Of a stretch of DNA of 64,000 nt, positions 30,644 to 44,332 are shown one piece after another (position 1 is the first letter of the stretch; each line of letters begins with the position of its first letter). The stretch is from Cyanophora paradoxa CCMP329 (Eukaryota; Plantae; Glaucophyta), in contig QPMI01000662.1 in the NCBI GenBank assembly GCA_004431415.1, forward strand, positions 1-64,000. The letters run 5' to 3'. Under the pieces are notes generated by a model that did no database searches, was not told the origin of the DNA, and worked only from the letters and a program-made list of their open reading frames with translations. The translations under genes were made by a program, and so were the position numbers.

Positions 30644-33600
30644 CTAAAGGGCGAAGCTGGCGCCGACATCGCTGGGGCCGCGACCGCCGGCCCCGGGGGG
30701 GCCACCGGCCGGGGGCCCCCGGCCGCCGCCGTTGCCGTTGCCGGAGGGCACGGTGGTCTGCGCGCGTGAGTTGGGGAGCGCGGGAGGCTCTAACTCGGCT
30801 CGGCTCGGCTCGGCAGGGGCGGGGCGCGCACCGTGGCGGGGGCGGTGACGAGGGGCGTGGGGATCGGCGTCCCTGCCGGCGGAGCCCGTCAAGGGGCGGC
30901 CGAGGCGGGGCCGGCGCCGCGCGCGGGCCGGCGCGCACCGGCGATGATCCCTGGCGTGGCTGCGCACGCTGGGAGTCAGCGACTTCAACGAGGATGGGCG
31001 CGGGGTCAGGACGCACTCGTCGCGGCCCCGGGGGTGGCGACCGGCGTCGTCACGACGAGGGGCGTCGGCACGGGCGTGGAGGGCGGCGCCGTCGCCACGG
31101 GCGTCTCTGCCGGCGGGCTGTAAGATAAGGGGCCGGCGGTCCGGCGCCGGCGGCCGGCGGCGGGGCGCACCGTTGACGGGGACGACGACCAAGGTGGGAA
31201 TGATGACCGCCGGGGCGCCTGCCGCAGCGACGTCAACGACCCACTGCCTCCACTGGACGGGGCGTGCCGGGGCCGGACCGCACCCGTCGGGACAGCGAAC
31301 GTCGGCGCGGGCGTGAAGACCGGGAAGGTCGGCACCGGCGTGAAGACCACGAAGGTCGGCGCGGGCGTGAAGAGCTCGAAGGTCGCTGCGCGGAGCGGCG
31401 GGACGGGGCGGGGGGCGGGCGGGGCTTCGGCCGGGGGCGCGGCGTGCGCGGCGGCACGGCGCGGCGCGCACGGGTCGCGGTGGGCGTGATGAGCCCCGTC
31501 GGGAGGAAGGCGGGGTCTCTGCGGGGCCCGGCCGGCGCGGGGCGAGGCGCGGGGCGGGCGCGGGGCGGGCGGGGGCGCGGGTCACCGGTCGGGTCGGGAA
31601 GAGGACGATCTCAGTGAAGGCCGGCGTCGGCGTGGCGAGCCCCGTCGGCAGCACCGCCGCCGTCGCCGTCACTGCGCGCGCCGCCGCTCAGCCGGCGGCC
31701 GGCCGGGCGGCGCAGGACGGGGCGGGGCGCGCCGGCGGCGGTGGGGAAGACAAGGGCCGTCGCGAGGGGCGTCGGCACGATCGGCACCTGCGCGGGGCGC
31801 CGGGGCTCAGAGCTCGCCGGCCGGGCCGCGAAGGCGGCGGGGCACCTGCTGGACGGGCCCCTGCTGCACGGGGCCCTGCTGCACGGGGCCCTGGCGGACC
31901 GGCAGCGGGCTCGGGCGCAGGATCGGGCCCTGCGCGAGGGGCGCGCGTCGGGCCCGGCGCGCCGGCGGGGCCCGGGCGGACTGGCCTGCTGGACGGGTGA
32001 GCCCGGCCTGGCGATGACCTCGGGCGTCGCCACCGCCGTCGTCTCGGTGGGCGCCTGGGACACTGGCGGCCCGAGGGCGTCAGGCGGCAAGGCGGCCGGG
32101 AGCCGGCGAGGGCCCAGGCGCACCGGTGCCCGGCTTGGCGATGATCTCGACGAGCGTCGCAGCCGCTGTCGCTGTTGCCACCGGCGCCTGCCCCACTGAT
32201 GGGGCATCAGGCGCGGCGGCGGGGCGCGGGCGCGGGATCAATCACAAAGGCGCACCGGTGCCCGGCTTGGAAATTACTTCGGGTGTGGCGGCCGCTGGCG
32301 TCGCGGTGGCCGCCGGCGCCTGGTAAACTGTGGCGGGGCGGCGTCAGGGGCGGCCGCCTGGAGCGGGCCCAGAGGCTCGATGCGCACTGGCGCCCGGCTT
32401 GGCAATGACCTCGGGGGTAGCGACGGCCGCTGTCTCCGTGGGCGCCTGCGACACTGATAGCCGCGACGCATCAGGCGCGACGCAGCACGGGCGCGAGTGG
32501 AGTTCAGGGCGCACCGGTGCCGGGCTTGGCGATGATCTCGACGAGAGTGGCAGCCGCCGTCGCGGTGGCCGCAGGGGCCTGGGAAACTGAAGCGCCGAGG
32601 GCGTAAGGGCGGGCGGGCGGCCGCCTGGAGCGGGCGGGGAGGCTCGATGCGCACTGGCGCCAGGCTTGGCAATGACTTCCGGCGTGGCCGCGGCTGTCGT
32701 CTCCGTGGGCGCCTGGGACACTGCGAGGGGCGTCAGGCGCGCCGTTTGAGCGCGCGAGACGGCCCCGCACCAGTGCCCGGCTTGGCGATGACCTCGGGTG
32801 TGGCAGCCGCGGTCTCGGTGGCCGTGGGAACCTGGTACACCGGCGCCGCTGCGGGGAGGGTGTCGGGCGCAGATGCAAACAGGTGGCGAGGGACAGGACG
32901 CACGGGTGCCCTTGCCTACTGTAGTCGGGATCTCAACCGTCGGGGTCGGTACTGCAGATCGGGCGGGCGTCAAGCGATGCTGCAGGGCGCAGAGAGCGGA
33001 GCCGAGTTGTACCGGAACCCTTGCCAACGGTGGTCGGGATCTCGTAGATGGGAGTGACGGCGGCGCCGTTCTCTGAACGCGTGTGAACTCCGGCGCGTGT
33101 GCAAGAAACGCGAACGCACTGTCCGGAAGTGTTGTCGTCGAGATGGTGCCAGGCTTCTCTGTTTGCACGAGTCGATGTGAGCAGAGCTCGCGCGATCGGC
33201 GCTCGGGCGCGCGGGAGCGCGCGCGCGCTAGCAGAGGCCGACTAAGCAACGAACCCGAAATCACTTCCGGTGTCGCATAAGGACCTGCGCACGCGATAGG
33301 AAGGCGGGAGCGCGCGGGGGCAGGTAGCTCGCGCGGCGGCACATCCGGCCGCAGCGCGAGCGCGAGGCCGTGCGATTGGCGCAGCGAGATGCCGAAGCGC
33401 TGTTTCAACCGGCCTCACCTTGCACGACCGAGGTCGCGGTCGCTTCGGGGACGGGTGTTGGGCCTTTTAGTTTCCCTGGACGCGCGCGGCGCGCGAACGT
33501 CAGCTTGGTTCAGATCTAGGGTATACTAGGGGCGGAAAGGCGCCGCCGCAGAGGTCGCCAGCCGGCCGTGGCTGTTTGTCGAACAGCCCGCGGCCCGGCC

Positions 33601-33694
33601 GAGCGCTCGCGGCGCGCCCACGGCACGCCCCCCGCTCACCCTGTGCGAGGGCCGAGGCCGCGAGGACGAGGACGAGGAACGCGGCGATCTTCAT
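30644..33694 (-). CDS. Secreted mucin-like protein, copy 2
   Basis: MKIAAFLVLVLAASALAQ at 33694; same repeat exons; ends ..ASFAL*. Confidence 0.7.
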
Positions 33695-33777
33695 CTTTTC
33701 CGAGTGCTGAGTGCGGATTCAAAGCGACCCGCGAGTGCGTCTACCCCGGCAGCTCGGGCCGGGTACACGCGTCTTCA

Positions 33778-35094
33778 ATGGGGCTGGCGCGGCCCTTGCA
33801 ATTGCTCCTCCTGGCCCTCGTGGCTGCGGCGGCCGGCGCGGCAGCTGCGGCGGGACTCGCCGCCGGAGTGCTGGGCGCGGACGTCTCGATCTACGAGGGC
33901 AGGTTGACGCCGCGCGCGTGGCAGTGCCTTGCGAACCACGGCGTGCGCTTCGCGGTCATCGAGCTGTGCACGTCGCTCGGAGGCATCGTTCCTTTCGGTT
34001 CTTCCCCGTGGCGGCGCCAAGAATTTTGCCAATAATTAATATTCGCGCCTAGCGCGCGCGCTAACGTCATGATCAACGCCTGAGCCGTCCGATTCGCAGC
34101 GGCACAGGAAGTTGCCGAAGCGAAGGCTCTCGATGCTTTTCTATGGGTTGACGGTTAGCTTTGCGCCGCTCCCCGAGCTCCTCTCCTAGCTCGCGCTGTG
34201 GAATTTATTTTCGCGCGCAATCGCGTTTTAATTTCGACATCGCAGGTTACGTCTTCCTCAACTTCAGGAGGGACCCGGAGGCACAGATACAAGCAGTGTA
34301 CGATGCCCTTAAGGTCCACAAAACGAGCGTTCGGAAGATATGGATCGACGTCGAGAACAAGGTGCGAAACTTCATTTTCGCAATTGCAACTGGCAAGACG
34401 CATATGCATAGCGCGCGCGCCGCGAAATCCTTCCGGCAGAAACTGTTCGGGACGTGCGTCGAGAACCCGTCTTTCTTCCGCCGCGCTCGAAAGAAGGCGG
34501 AGGAGCTTGGATTCGAGGTGCGTGACGCAAGCTCTAGCCTTCACATTCGCGCTGCAACGTTTAACCTTTGCTTAATTATAATCGCGTGCGCGTGTGCCTT
34601 ATTTCTTGCAGGTCGGTGTCTATTCAAACGCGCTCCAGTGGAAGGTTTCTACGTATACCCGGCCTCTCGTCGGCGCCGACGTCTGACGGGCGCCTCGCCT
34701 GCGCCGCCGGCAGGAGCTGATGTGCGGGAACACCGAGTTCAACGATCTGGAGCTCTGGTACGCGCACTATGGTACGCAACCTCTTCATTCTGCAAATTTT
34801 TAAAGAGAGGGGGCCGGGGTTGCGTGGCGGCGGGGTGCGCGCCGGCAACGGGCGGGGCGGGGCGCAGACTGGATGCCGGACGTGGGGGACTTCGCGCCGT
34901 TCGGGGGCTGGGGCGCCCCCGCCGTGAAGCAGTACGCGGGGGACGTGGCCACCTTCTGCGGCATCCCCGGCGGCGTCGACCTCGACTTCGCCCCGGAGGA
35001 GACCGTCCGCAGGGCCGCCGCCGCCGCCACCGCAGCGCGCCCCCGCGCCCGCCTCCGCGGCGCCTCCCCCTTCTCCGCCTCCTTCTTCGGGTAG
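33778..35094 (+). CDS. GH25 (protist-type) lysozyme, secreted
   Basis: Signal peptide, GADVS, catalytic WIDVE, GVYSN..W, LWYAHY, DFAPFGGWGAPAVKQYAGD..VDLDF. Confidence 0.88.
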
Positions 35095-35196
35095 CCTGCC
35101 GCCGGCCGAGCGCCTCTCCTATCGAATGGAGCAGCAGCCTGCTGCACCTGCGGCCCGCGCGCTCCTGGCGGAGGGACAGAAGGGGCGCCGGCGGGC

Positions 35197-36570
35197 CTAG
35201 GACATCATGAAGACCTGCGGGCGGCGTCGGCGCGGGCGCGAGGGGGCGGGGGCTCGCGGGCGGGGCAAGGGGTGGGGCGAGCACCTTCCAGGAGTCCTCG
35301 ACCTCATCGCGCCCGCGCGTCGACATGTAGCAGCGCCTGAAGCTGCCGCGGGGTCAGCGTGCGGGGCGGGGCGGGGCGGGGCGGGGGAAAGGGGGGCGGG
35401 TACACGAGGCTGTGGTCCTTGACGACGGTGCCCTCGCCGAGCTTGCGGGCCCCGTCCACGAACTCCGCCTCCTCCGCCTCGTCCCCCTCCTCCGCCCGCC
35501 CCGCCGCCTTGTGGTCCAGCAGCACGTAGCTCTCCTCCGTCTTGAACCGCACCGTGATCCGGATGTACCTGCCCGCCCCCCGGACCCGCCTCAGCGCCCC
35601 CGCTCCGGGGCGGGGCGGGGCCGGGGGCGGGGCGGACTCGCGGCGGGGGAAGTCGAAGGGGAGGCCGCCGCGGCCCTCGAAGGGGTTCTTGCCCGAGGGG
35701 AGCGCCTTCGCCTGCTCCACCATGTGCTGCCGCGCCGCCCCCGCGCGTCGGCGCCCCCCCGGCGGCGGGGGCGGGGGCGGGAGCGGGGCCGGGGGCGGGG
35801 GCGGGGGGACCTCCTTCTCCTCCTGGGAGAGCTCGCGGTCGCCCTCGGCGATGGGGTGCACCTCGAAGGCGACCTGCGTGATCTCCGCGTCCCTTATCTC
35901 CTCCAGCTCCATCCGCATCTCCCGCCCCGTCTCCTGCCCCCGCCCCCGTCGCCCCCGCCGCCGCGGCGCCCCGCGCCGAGCAGGGAGAGGCGCACGGCGC
36001 GGCTCGAGGCCAGCGTCTCGTTCGTCGTTGTGATCGCCTTGAGCATCTCCTGCGGGCGGCGCGGGCGTCGGCGAGGCTCGAGCGGGCGCGGGGCGGGCGC
36101 CACGCCGCACCGTGCCGACGAGGGGCTTCAGAGAGTCCACGTCGATCTTGTCGGAGCTGCAAATGACCCTGTACACCGTGCTGAAGGCCTGCTTCGCGCC
36201 CTCGAGGAAGTCCTCAGCTTCGAACTCCGGGTCCTGCGCCCCGCGTGAGCAGGCGCAACGTACGATGTGCAATGGAAGAGGCACTGACAGGGCCCATCTT
36301 GAGAGCGTTGATTTGCCCCCTGACGGCCCAGCGACGAAACCAGCCGAAGAACGTGCGGCGTGGTGCGCCGAGACCAGAATGTGCAGCAGGCGTCGGGGTG
36401 GGCCGGACGGACCAGGACGGGCGGCCGATGACCGTCTGCGACGCTATCGCGCGCCCGGCGACGTGTGCCGCCCGGTGGCGCGGCATCGACGCCATCGCCC
36501 GGGCCACACATAGGGCAGCCGGCCGAGCCGACGCCGCTCTCCGAAGCGAGTTGATCCTGAGCGCGAGCAT
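35197..36570 (-). CDS. Mitochondrial Tim44-like domain protein
   Basis: Arg/Ala-rich presequence MLALRINSLRRAAS; DPEFEAEDFLEGAKQAF; IRITVRFKTEE. Confidence 0.65.
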
Positions 36571-36700
36571 CCAAAAGCTTCTGTGGAGATGGTCCGGAGG
36601 AACCTGTACCCTTAAAAAAGAAAAAAGCCGGTGCTCGCGGCACTCGGAGCTGGGCGAGGCGAGGTCGCGGCGAGCTTTTAGGTAGCTCGGCGGCGTCGGG

Positions 36701-39700
36701 ATGGCGCCAGCGGCGACGCCGCCGCCGGGTGGACCGGAGCGAAGTGCGACTGCGGCGTCCCCGCTCCCGTGCCTCGCACACGTGACTCCCTCCGGCAGCG
36801 CGCGTCGTGTACGGACCGGCCCGAGCGCAAGAGAACCGGCCGTTCAAGTACACGAACAACTACATTAGCACGACGAAATACCGTCTGTCTCACGACGTTC
36901 TAAACCCAGCTCACACACCACTTTAATGCCCGAACAGGGCTGTGGAACTTCGTGCCCAAGAACCTGCTGGAGCAGTTCATGGTACGCAGCGAGCTCCCAA
37001 GGGCCGAAACGCCTCGGCCCTTCGAACCCCCGCCCGCAGCGCATCGCCAACTTCTACTTCCTCATCATCGCCCTGCTGCAAGTGCGTCGGGGGCGCCGCC
37101 GGCCGCTTAGCTACGCGGGGCCGAGCCCCGGCGCGCGTGCAGGTGTTCTCCGGCGTGTCGCCAACGGGGCGCTGGAACACGTTCACGACGCTCTGCGCGG
37201 TGCTGACGATCACGGCGCTGAAGGAAGCGTACGAGGACTGGAAGCGGTACGTCTCGGACCGCGAGCTGAACAACCGGCGGGCGGCGGTGGTGCGGGGCGG
37301 GGGCCACCGGGGCGCCCCCGCCGCCGAGGCCGGGGCCGTGCGGAGCGAGATGCCGTGGCGCGACGTCGCCGTCGGCGACGTGATCCGCATCACCAACCGC
37401 GAGACCGTGCGCCCGCCCGCCCGCCGCGCGGGGCGGAGCCGAGGCGAGGCGAGCCGAGCGGGCGGGCGGGCGTGCGCAGGTCCCCGCCGACATCGTCCTG
37501 CTCGCCACGAGCGAGCCGCAGGCGATGGCCTACGTGGAGACCTCCAGCCTCGACGGGCCCGCCCCGCCCCGCCCCGCCCCGCCCCGCGCCGCGCGCGCCG
37601 GGGCGGCTCACGGCGCGCAGGGAGACGAACCTGAAGGTGCGGCAGGCGCTGCCCGAGACGGCGGCGCTCGTCACCGACGACCCCGCCGCCCGCGCCCTCG
37701 ACTGTGCGCGCCCCTCCCCCCGGCGGCGCTGGAAGGAGGGGGCCGAGGCGGGGCGGGGCAGGCGTGGTGCGGTGCGACGAGCCGAACAACCGCCTCTACA
37801 GCTTCACGGGGACGGTCCAGCTGCGGGGCGCCACGCTGCCCTCGGGCCCAAGCAGCTCGTCCTCCGCGTCCGCCCCCGCCCCGCCCCGCCCCGCCCCGCC
37901 CCGCCCCGCCGCGTCGCCCGCCCCGCCAACCGACCGGCCTGGGGGCGCAGGGGAGCGAGCTGCGGAACACGCGGTGGGCGTACGGCCTGGTCGTCTACAC
38001 GGGCTCGGACACCAAGCTCATGCGCAACGCCACGTGCGCCCGCCAGCCCGCCCCGCCCCGCCCCGCCGCCGACGGGCGCGCAGGGTGACGCCCTCGAAGC
38101 GGAGCAACCTGGAGCGCGCCGCGAACTACCAGGTGCCCGCCCGAGCCGAGCCGGGCCCCCGGCGTGCGCCGCCGCGGGGGCGAGCGGGCGGGGGCGGGGC
38201 GGGCAGATCGCGGGGATCTTCGTGCTGCAGCTGCTGCTCTGCGTCTTCGGCGGGGTGGCGACCTCCGTCTTCCAGACCGAGGTCGGCTTCAAGCACTGGT
38301 ACCTCGGGCCCTCCCCCGGCAACGCCCTCTCCTCCGGTGCCCCCCCGGCCCCGCCGCCCGACCCCGGCCGACGCCGACGCCGGTGCGGGGGCCGCCTCGG
38401 GCAGGCTTCTGGGGCTTCATCACCTTTCTCATCCTCCTCAACAACCTCGTGCCCATCTCCCTCTACGTCACCGGTGCCCCCCGCCCCCGCCCCGGGCCCA
38501 TCCCTTCCCCAGCTCACTCAAGCCGCGCAGTGGAGCTGGTGAAGGTGCTGCAGGCGCACCTGATCTCGAGCGACGCGCGGATGTACCACGCGGAGAGCGA
38601 CACGCCGGCGGCGGCGCGCACGTCGAACCTCAACGAGGAGCTGGGGCAGGTCCAGTACCTCCTCTCCGACAAGACCGGCACCCTCACCTGCAACGTCATG
38701 CGCGTGCGCCCGCCCCGCACCCCGCCCCGCCCCGCCTCCCATCCCTCTCCCCCGCCCCCCTCCTCAGCGCGCCCCGCCGCGCAGTTCCGGAAGTGCGCGA
38801 TCGGGGGGGTGACGTACGGGGGCGGGGCGGAGGCGGCGCCGTCGGGGCGGGGGACGCCGGGCCCGCGCTCGCGGGACGTGGCGCCGGCGCTGGGGGCGGC
38901 GGTGGAGCTGCGGGACATCCGGGTGGAGGGGAACCGGACGCCGGAGCCGAGCATCCTCCCCGCCGCCTTCCGCGACGCCGCGCTGGACGGGCGCCTCGCC
39001 GACGCCGACCCCCTCGCCTCCGAGTTCTTCCGCGCCCTCTCCGTCCGCCCCCGCCCCGCCCCTCTTCTCGCCCTTTCTCGCCTGACGCCGCCCGCCCTTC
39101 AGCTGTGCCACACGGTGGTGCCCGAGGCGCGCGAGGACGGGGGCATCGCGTACCAGGCCTCCTCGCCGGACGAGGCGGCGCTGGTGGACGCGGCCGCGCA
39201 GGCCGGCTTCCGCTTCGAGGCCCGCGCCCCCCGCTCCTGCGCCATCCGCGCCCGCGACGCCCCCGAGGAGTACGCCCTCCTCGCCGTCAACGAGGCCCGC
39301 CCCGCCCCGCCCCGCGCAGCTTCCCCCCGCCCCGCCCCGCCCCGCCGCCCCTGCTGAGGCGCTCGCAGTTCAACTCGACGCGGAAGCGGATGTCGGTGCT
39401 GCTGCGCGCCCCGGACGGCCGCATCCTCCTCTACTGCAAGGGCGCCGACAACGTGCGCCGCCCCGCGCCACGCCGCGTGCGGCGGCCCCTCTGGCGGGGC
39501 GGGCGGCCGACGGGGCGGGCCAGGTGGTGATGGAGCGGTTGCGGGCGGGGTGCCCCGGGGTGGAGCAGACGGACGCCGCGCTCGCCTCCTTCGCGAGCGA
39601 GGGCCTCCGCACGCTCCTCGTCGCCTGGCGCGTCGTGCCCCAGCCCGAGTTCGACGCCTGGATCAAGGTGCCCCGCCCCGCGCCCCGCTCTCCCTCCCTC

Positions 39701-42234
39701 TCTCTCCCTGCCGGCCGCGTCGCGAGCCTCCGGGCAGCGGTACGAGGCGGCGGCGGTGGCGCTCTCGGGGCGGGAGGAGGCGCTGGACGCGGCGGCGGAG
39801 GAGATCGAGCGCGGCATGGACCTCCTCGGCGCCACCGCCATCGAGGACAAGCTCCAGGCCCGCCCGCCCGCCCCCGCGGCAGCCGGCCTGCCCGCGCCAG
39901 GCCCCGCTGACGCGCGGCGCGGGGGCAGGACGGGGTGCCGGAGGCGATCGCGGTGCTGCTGGAGGCCGGCATCCGCGTCTGGGTCCTCACCGGCGACAAG
40001 CAGGAGACCGCGCGCCCCCTCCCCCTCCTCCCCGCACCCTCCGCCGCCGGCCCGGGCCGCTGACGCCCCGGGGCGGCAGGCGGTGGACATCGGGTTCGCG
40101 TGCCGGCTGCTGGACGAGGGGATGGAGATCCTGACGGTGAACCACAAGACGGCCGACGAGGCGGCGGAGGCCATCGAGCAGCTTCTGGGCAAGGGCGCCG
40201 CCCGCGGCGAGGTCAGCGTCTGTCTGTCTCAGCACGTGACGCGGGCCTGCTCGCCTGCCTGCTCCCCTCTCAGCCTGGAGGCCCGCCAGGTCTCGGGCCG
40301 CCTGGCGCTCGTCATCGACGGGCCCTCCCTCGGCTTCGCCCTCGACCGCTGCCCCCTGGCCCGCACCCCCGCCCCTTCCCTTCGCCCCTCAGCCCCTCTC
40401 CCCTGACCCTTGCCTCCTCTCCCTCAGATGTTCCTGGAGCTGGCGACGCGCTGCACCGCAGTCATCTGCTGCCGCGTCAGCCCCCTCCAGGCCCGCCTCC
40501 TCCGCCCCTCCCCTTCGCACCGCCCCGCCCCGCCCCGCCAACAACTCACGCCCCCTGCCCCGAGCAGAAGGCGCTGGTGGTGCAGCTGGTGCGGGAGCAC
40601 GCGGGGGCCGTCACCCTCGCCATCGGCGACGGCGCCAACGACGTCCCCATGATCCAGGCCCGCCCGCCCCGCCTCTCCCCAGCCCGCCCCATCTTCCCTC
40701 GCTCACGCCCGTCGCAGGCGGCGCACATCGGCGTCGGCATCTCCGGCCAGGAGGGTCCGCCCCCGCCCCGCAGCGCCCGCCCCGCCCCCTCGCCGCCGCC
40801 GCCGAGGCGCGGGGGCGCAGGGCTGCAGGCGGTGCGGGCGGCGGACTACGCGATCGCGCAGTTCCGCTTCCTGCAGCGGCTGCTCCTCGTGCACGGGCGC
40901 TGGGCCTACCGCCGCGTCGCCAAGGTCATGATCTACTCCTTCTACAAGAACATCGCGCGTCGCCCCTCCCGCCCCGCCCCCCGCCCGCCCCATCTCAACC
41001 GTACCCCCCGCAGGTGTTCGTGGCGGCGCTCTTCTGGTTCACGTTCGCCTCGGGCTGGTCCGGCGTCTCCCTCTACGAGCAGTTCTCCATGTCCGCCTAC
41101 AACCTCGGTGCCCCCGCCCCCGCCCCGCCCTCGCCCTGCCCCCCCGCCCCGCCTCTGACCCCTCCCCCGCACGCCTCACGCCCAGCGTTCACGTCGCTGC
41201 CGATCGTGGCCTTCGGGGTGCTCGACCGCGACATCGAGGCCAAGACCGCCCTCGCCATGCCCCAGGCGCCCCGCCTCCCCGCGCCTCCCCCGCCTGGAGG
41301 CCGCGCGCCGAGCGGCGGGGTGGTGCCGGCAGCTGTACTCGTACGGGAGGAGCGGGGCGGCGTTCGGGCGGGGGGTCTTCTGGTCGTGGATGGCGTCGGG
41401 CCTCTGGCACTCCCTCGTCGTCCTCGTCGTCCCCCTCCTCACCGTCGAGGGGCCCTTCCGCCCCGACGGCACCGTCCGCCCCGCCCCGCCCCCCGCCCCT
41501 CCCCCCGCTCACCCCGCGCAAGGTCGGGGGCTTCTGGGCGGTGGGCGTGACGGTCTACTCGTGCGTCGTCCTCGTGGTGACCCTCAAGCTGGCGCTGCAG
41601 ACGCGCTCCATGACCTGGCTCAACGGCGCCGCCCTGTCCCTCTCCTGCCTCGCCTGGTTCGCGTGGGGCCTCGCCTACGGCGCCGTCAACAGGGTCGCCC
41701 CCTCCATGCACGGCGTCCTCCTCGTGCGCCCCGCCCCGCCCCCCCGGGCCCGCCCCGCCCACGGCCCGCGCAGGCGCTGCTGCGGACGCCGGCCTTCTAC
41801 CTCGCGCTGGCCCTGGCGGTGGTGACGGCGCTGGGGCGCGACTTCGCGTGGGCCTACCTGCACCGCACCTACGACCCCAACGCCCAGCACATCGTCCAGG
41901 AGATCGAGAAGTTCGGGCTGCGCGCCAGCCCCGACGCCGCCCGGCTGCCCATCTCCCGCCACTACGTCCACGACGACGACGAGCCGCTCTTCCGCCTGCG
42001 GCAGCCGTCGACGGTCGGGCGCGTGGGCCTCGGCGCCCTCGGCGCGGTGCGGGCGGCGCGCAAGCACCACGGGTACGCCTTCGCCCAGGAGGAGGGCCAG
42101 CGCGACATGCTCGCCAGCTTCGCCGCCCCGCGCTCCCCGCCCCCGCCCGCCCCGCCCGGCGGCGCCGGCCGGCCCGTCGCCTCCGACCTCTCCCTCACGG
42201 GCCAGCCGCCGCCGACCACCCGCTGCAGCCCTAG
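36701..42234 (+). CDS. P4-type ATPase phospholipid flippase (Drs2/ATP8A-like)
   Basis: [94 protein letters not shown]. Confidence 0.95.
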
Positions 42235-43150
42235 AGCCCCCGCCCCCTTTCCATCCCCCCCTTCCCCCCCCTCCCCCCCCCCCCTTCTCCGCTTTTCGGC
42301 CTCTCCGTTTTAGGGCACGTATTCGCGTCATTTTTTTTGAATGCTGATCCCAAGCGAGCTTGAACGGTCGAGCTTTGCGGCACACTGGCAGTCTCGGCCG
42401 AGCTCAAGCTCGGTAACGATCATGCCATGATGAGCATGATATCGATCGATGGCATGGGCCCACTGCCCCGGTGGGCCCACGTGCACGTTGAATTTGCCAG
42501 CCTGCACGCGCAGCTGCCGCAGTGCCGCAGTGCCAGCCCTGAGTCTGGGCGGCCTGGTCTATCATGCGCACTGCGGCACTGCGGCATGCCATGATGCAGT
42601 GCCACGTTGGCGGGGCGACTCGGCGACCTCTCAGGCTCTACTGAACCTGCAGAATTCTGACGGCCTCGAGCTCGCCGAGTCGGCTCGCGATCGGCGGCCA
42701 AGTCTAGTCCGAGTTTTCCTGAGTCGCCAAGTCACTCACTTAACAGTCAGAGAAGAGCCCCGGAGACTCTCGGAGATGCTGTTCATGAGTAGAGTCATTT
42801 AATTTAATTTGATCATGAATCCCAAGGCATCGTCCTTCCACCCCCTCAAGGCCTGCGAAATTGCACAAGGTCCCCTCATCGTGTTCCAGGGCTTGCAATT
42901 AAGAATGTGTTCGATTCATGAAATCCTAGTTCGAATCGAAAACTGACTGTGGAGGTCTGCACCAGACAGGAAGACGGAAGCTCCGGCGAGGCCTCGTGCA
43001 CGAGGGGAGGCGGGGGGGCTGAGGGGAGATGGACGGGCAACGAGGGGGGCCGGGACGGGGGGAGCAGGCGGGGCGAGAGCGGGATCGGGATTGGGCGGGT
43101 GCGGGCCGGCGAGAGGGGGGCGGGGGCCGGGGCCGAGGCGGGGGCGCGCG

Positions 43151-44093
43151 TCATACGACGAAGCGGTAGGTGACGTAGCGCCCCGCCGTCTCGCTGGGCC
43201 GGATGATCTTGACAACCTGCGGGGCGTGAGCGGCCGAGCGGCCGGCGGGGCGCATCCCGATTCCGGCCACGCTGACCTGGCCGCGCTGCATGCCGTAGTA
43301 CCGGGCGACGGGGTCCGTGACCTGGATGCGCGGCAGCTGCGTGTCCTTCAGCTTGCTGCGGGCGAGCGCCGGCGCCGGCGGCTCGTCAGGCGCTGGCGCG
43401 GGGGGCGGGTGCGGGGCGGGCGGGGCGGGCGGACTATCGGACGAGGAGCGCCTTCTTCTCCTCTGCGGTGAGGAGGATGTGCTTGGGGACGAGGACGTGC
43501 TCCGTGATATTCACGAGGAGCTCCTGCTCCGAGAACTGCTCCATCATAATCTTCGGAGCCAGCTCGCTCACCGCCTGCCTCGCGAACGCCGTCATGCCGC
43601 CCCGCACCACGATGATCGCCCGCGACACGCTTTCGTCCCGCATCCGGTCCACGTACCTGCGCCCCGCGCTTGAGGACCGCGACTGGCGGCGTGAATCGAG
43701 GAGGGCACGCAGGCGCACTTCCGAATGGGCTTCACGCCGACCTTCTCGTCGTCTGGCGGGCGAGGCGTGAGCAAGGATGCCTAGCTGCGGCGGGGCTCGC
43801 GCGGCGAACCGGGGAAGAACACGAAGATCTGGTCAGTTGGGTCATCCTTCTTCTGCACCATGATCGTCATAGCGTCCCGCCTGCGAGGCGCGTGAGCGCC
43901 GCGGGATGCGAGCGCTCGCGTCGTGCTCGGGCGCGGAGGGCGCGCACGAGGGTGCAGCGGAGTACTGATTCTGGAATTCGTCGAGGGTCATGTCTAGATC
44001 TGATTTCGAGACGAGGTAGCCTCGGTCGTTCAGCATCTGCATGATCGTCTTCCGAACGCGGTGCAGCTTGCTGCTTTCTGACTGCTCCGCCAT
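43151..44093 (-). CDS. RPB5: RNA polymerases I/II/III shared subunit RPB5
   Basis: [72 protein letters not shown]. Confidence 0.95.
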
Positions 44094-44332
44094 GGTTCCG
44101 AAGCCGCCGCGCGGACTCTGGGTTGCTGCCTGTAGACGTTCGGCGAGGCGGTCGTGAGGATGCCGCGATGGCCTCCCGAGCTACGAAGGGGCTGCGTTGT
44201 TATCGCTGCCGAAGGGCTAGATGCGCGCGAATCTCGCTTTCTGTGAGGCTTCCTGGCAACGCAGCTCTACGCGGGCTTTCCTGACTGCGGTACCCCGGTA
44301 GTTCGGTGCAGTTCGAGATCCAAGCGGCAACC

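Larger units (their letters stand above)
21187..34125. repeat. Large inverted duplication: left arm 21187-21601 + 26817-about 29880, right arm about 30490-34125, about 600-bp spacer
   Basis: Mirror-image ORFs in the track (e.g. 27690-28064 vs 32504-32878 give identical translations) and direct sequence comparison of the ends. Confidence 0.92.
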
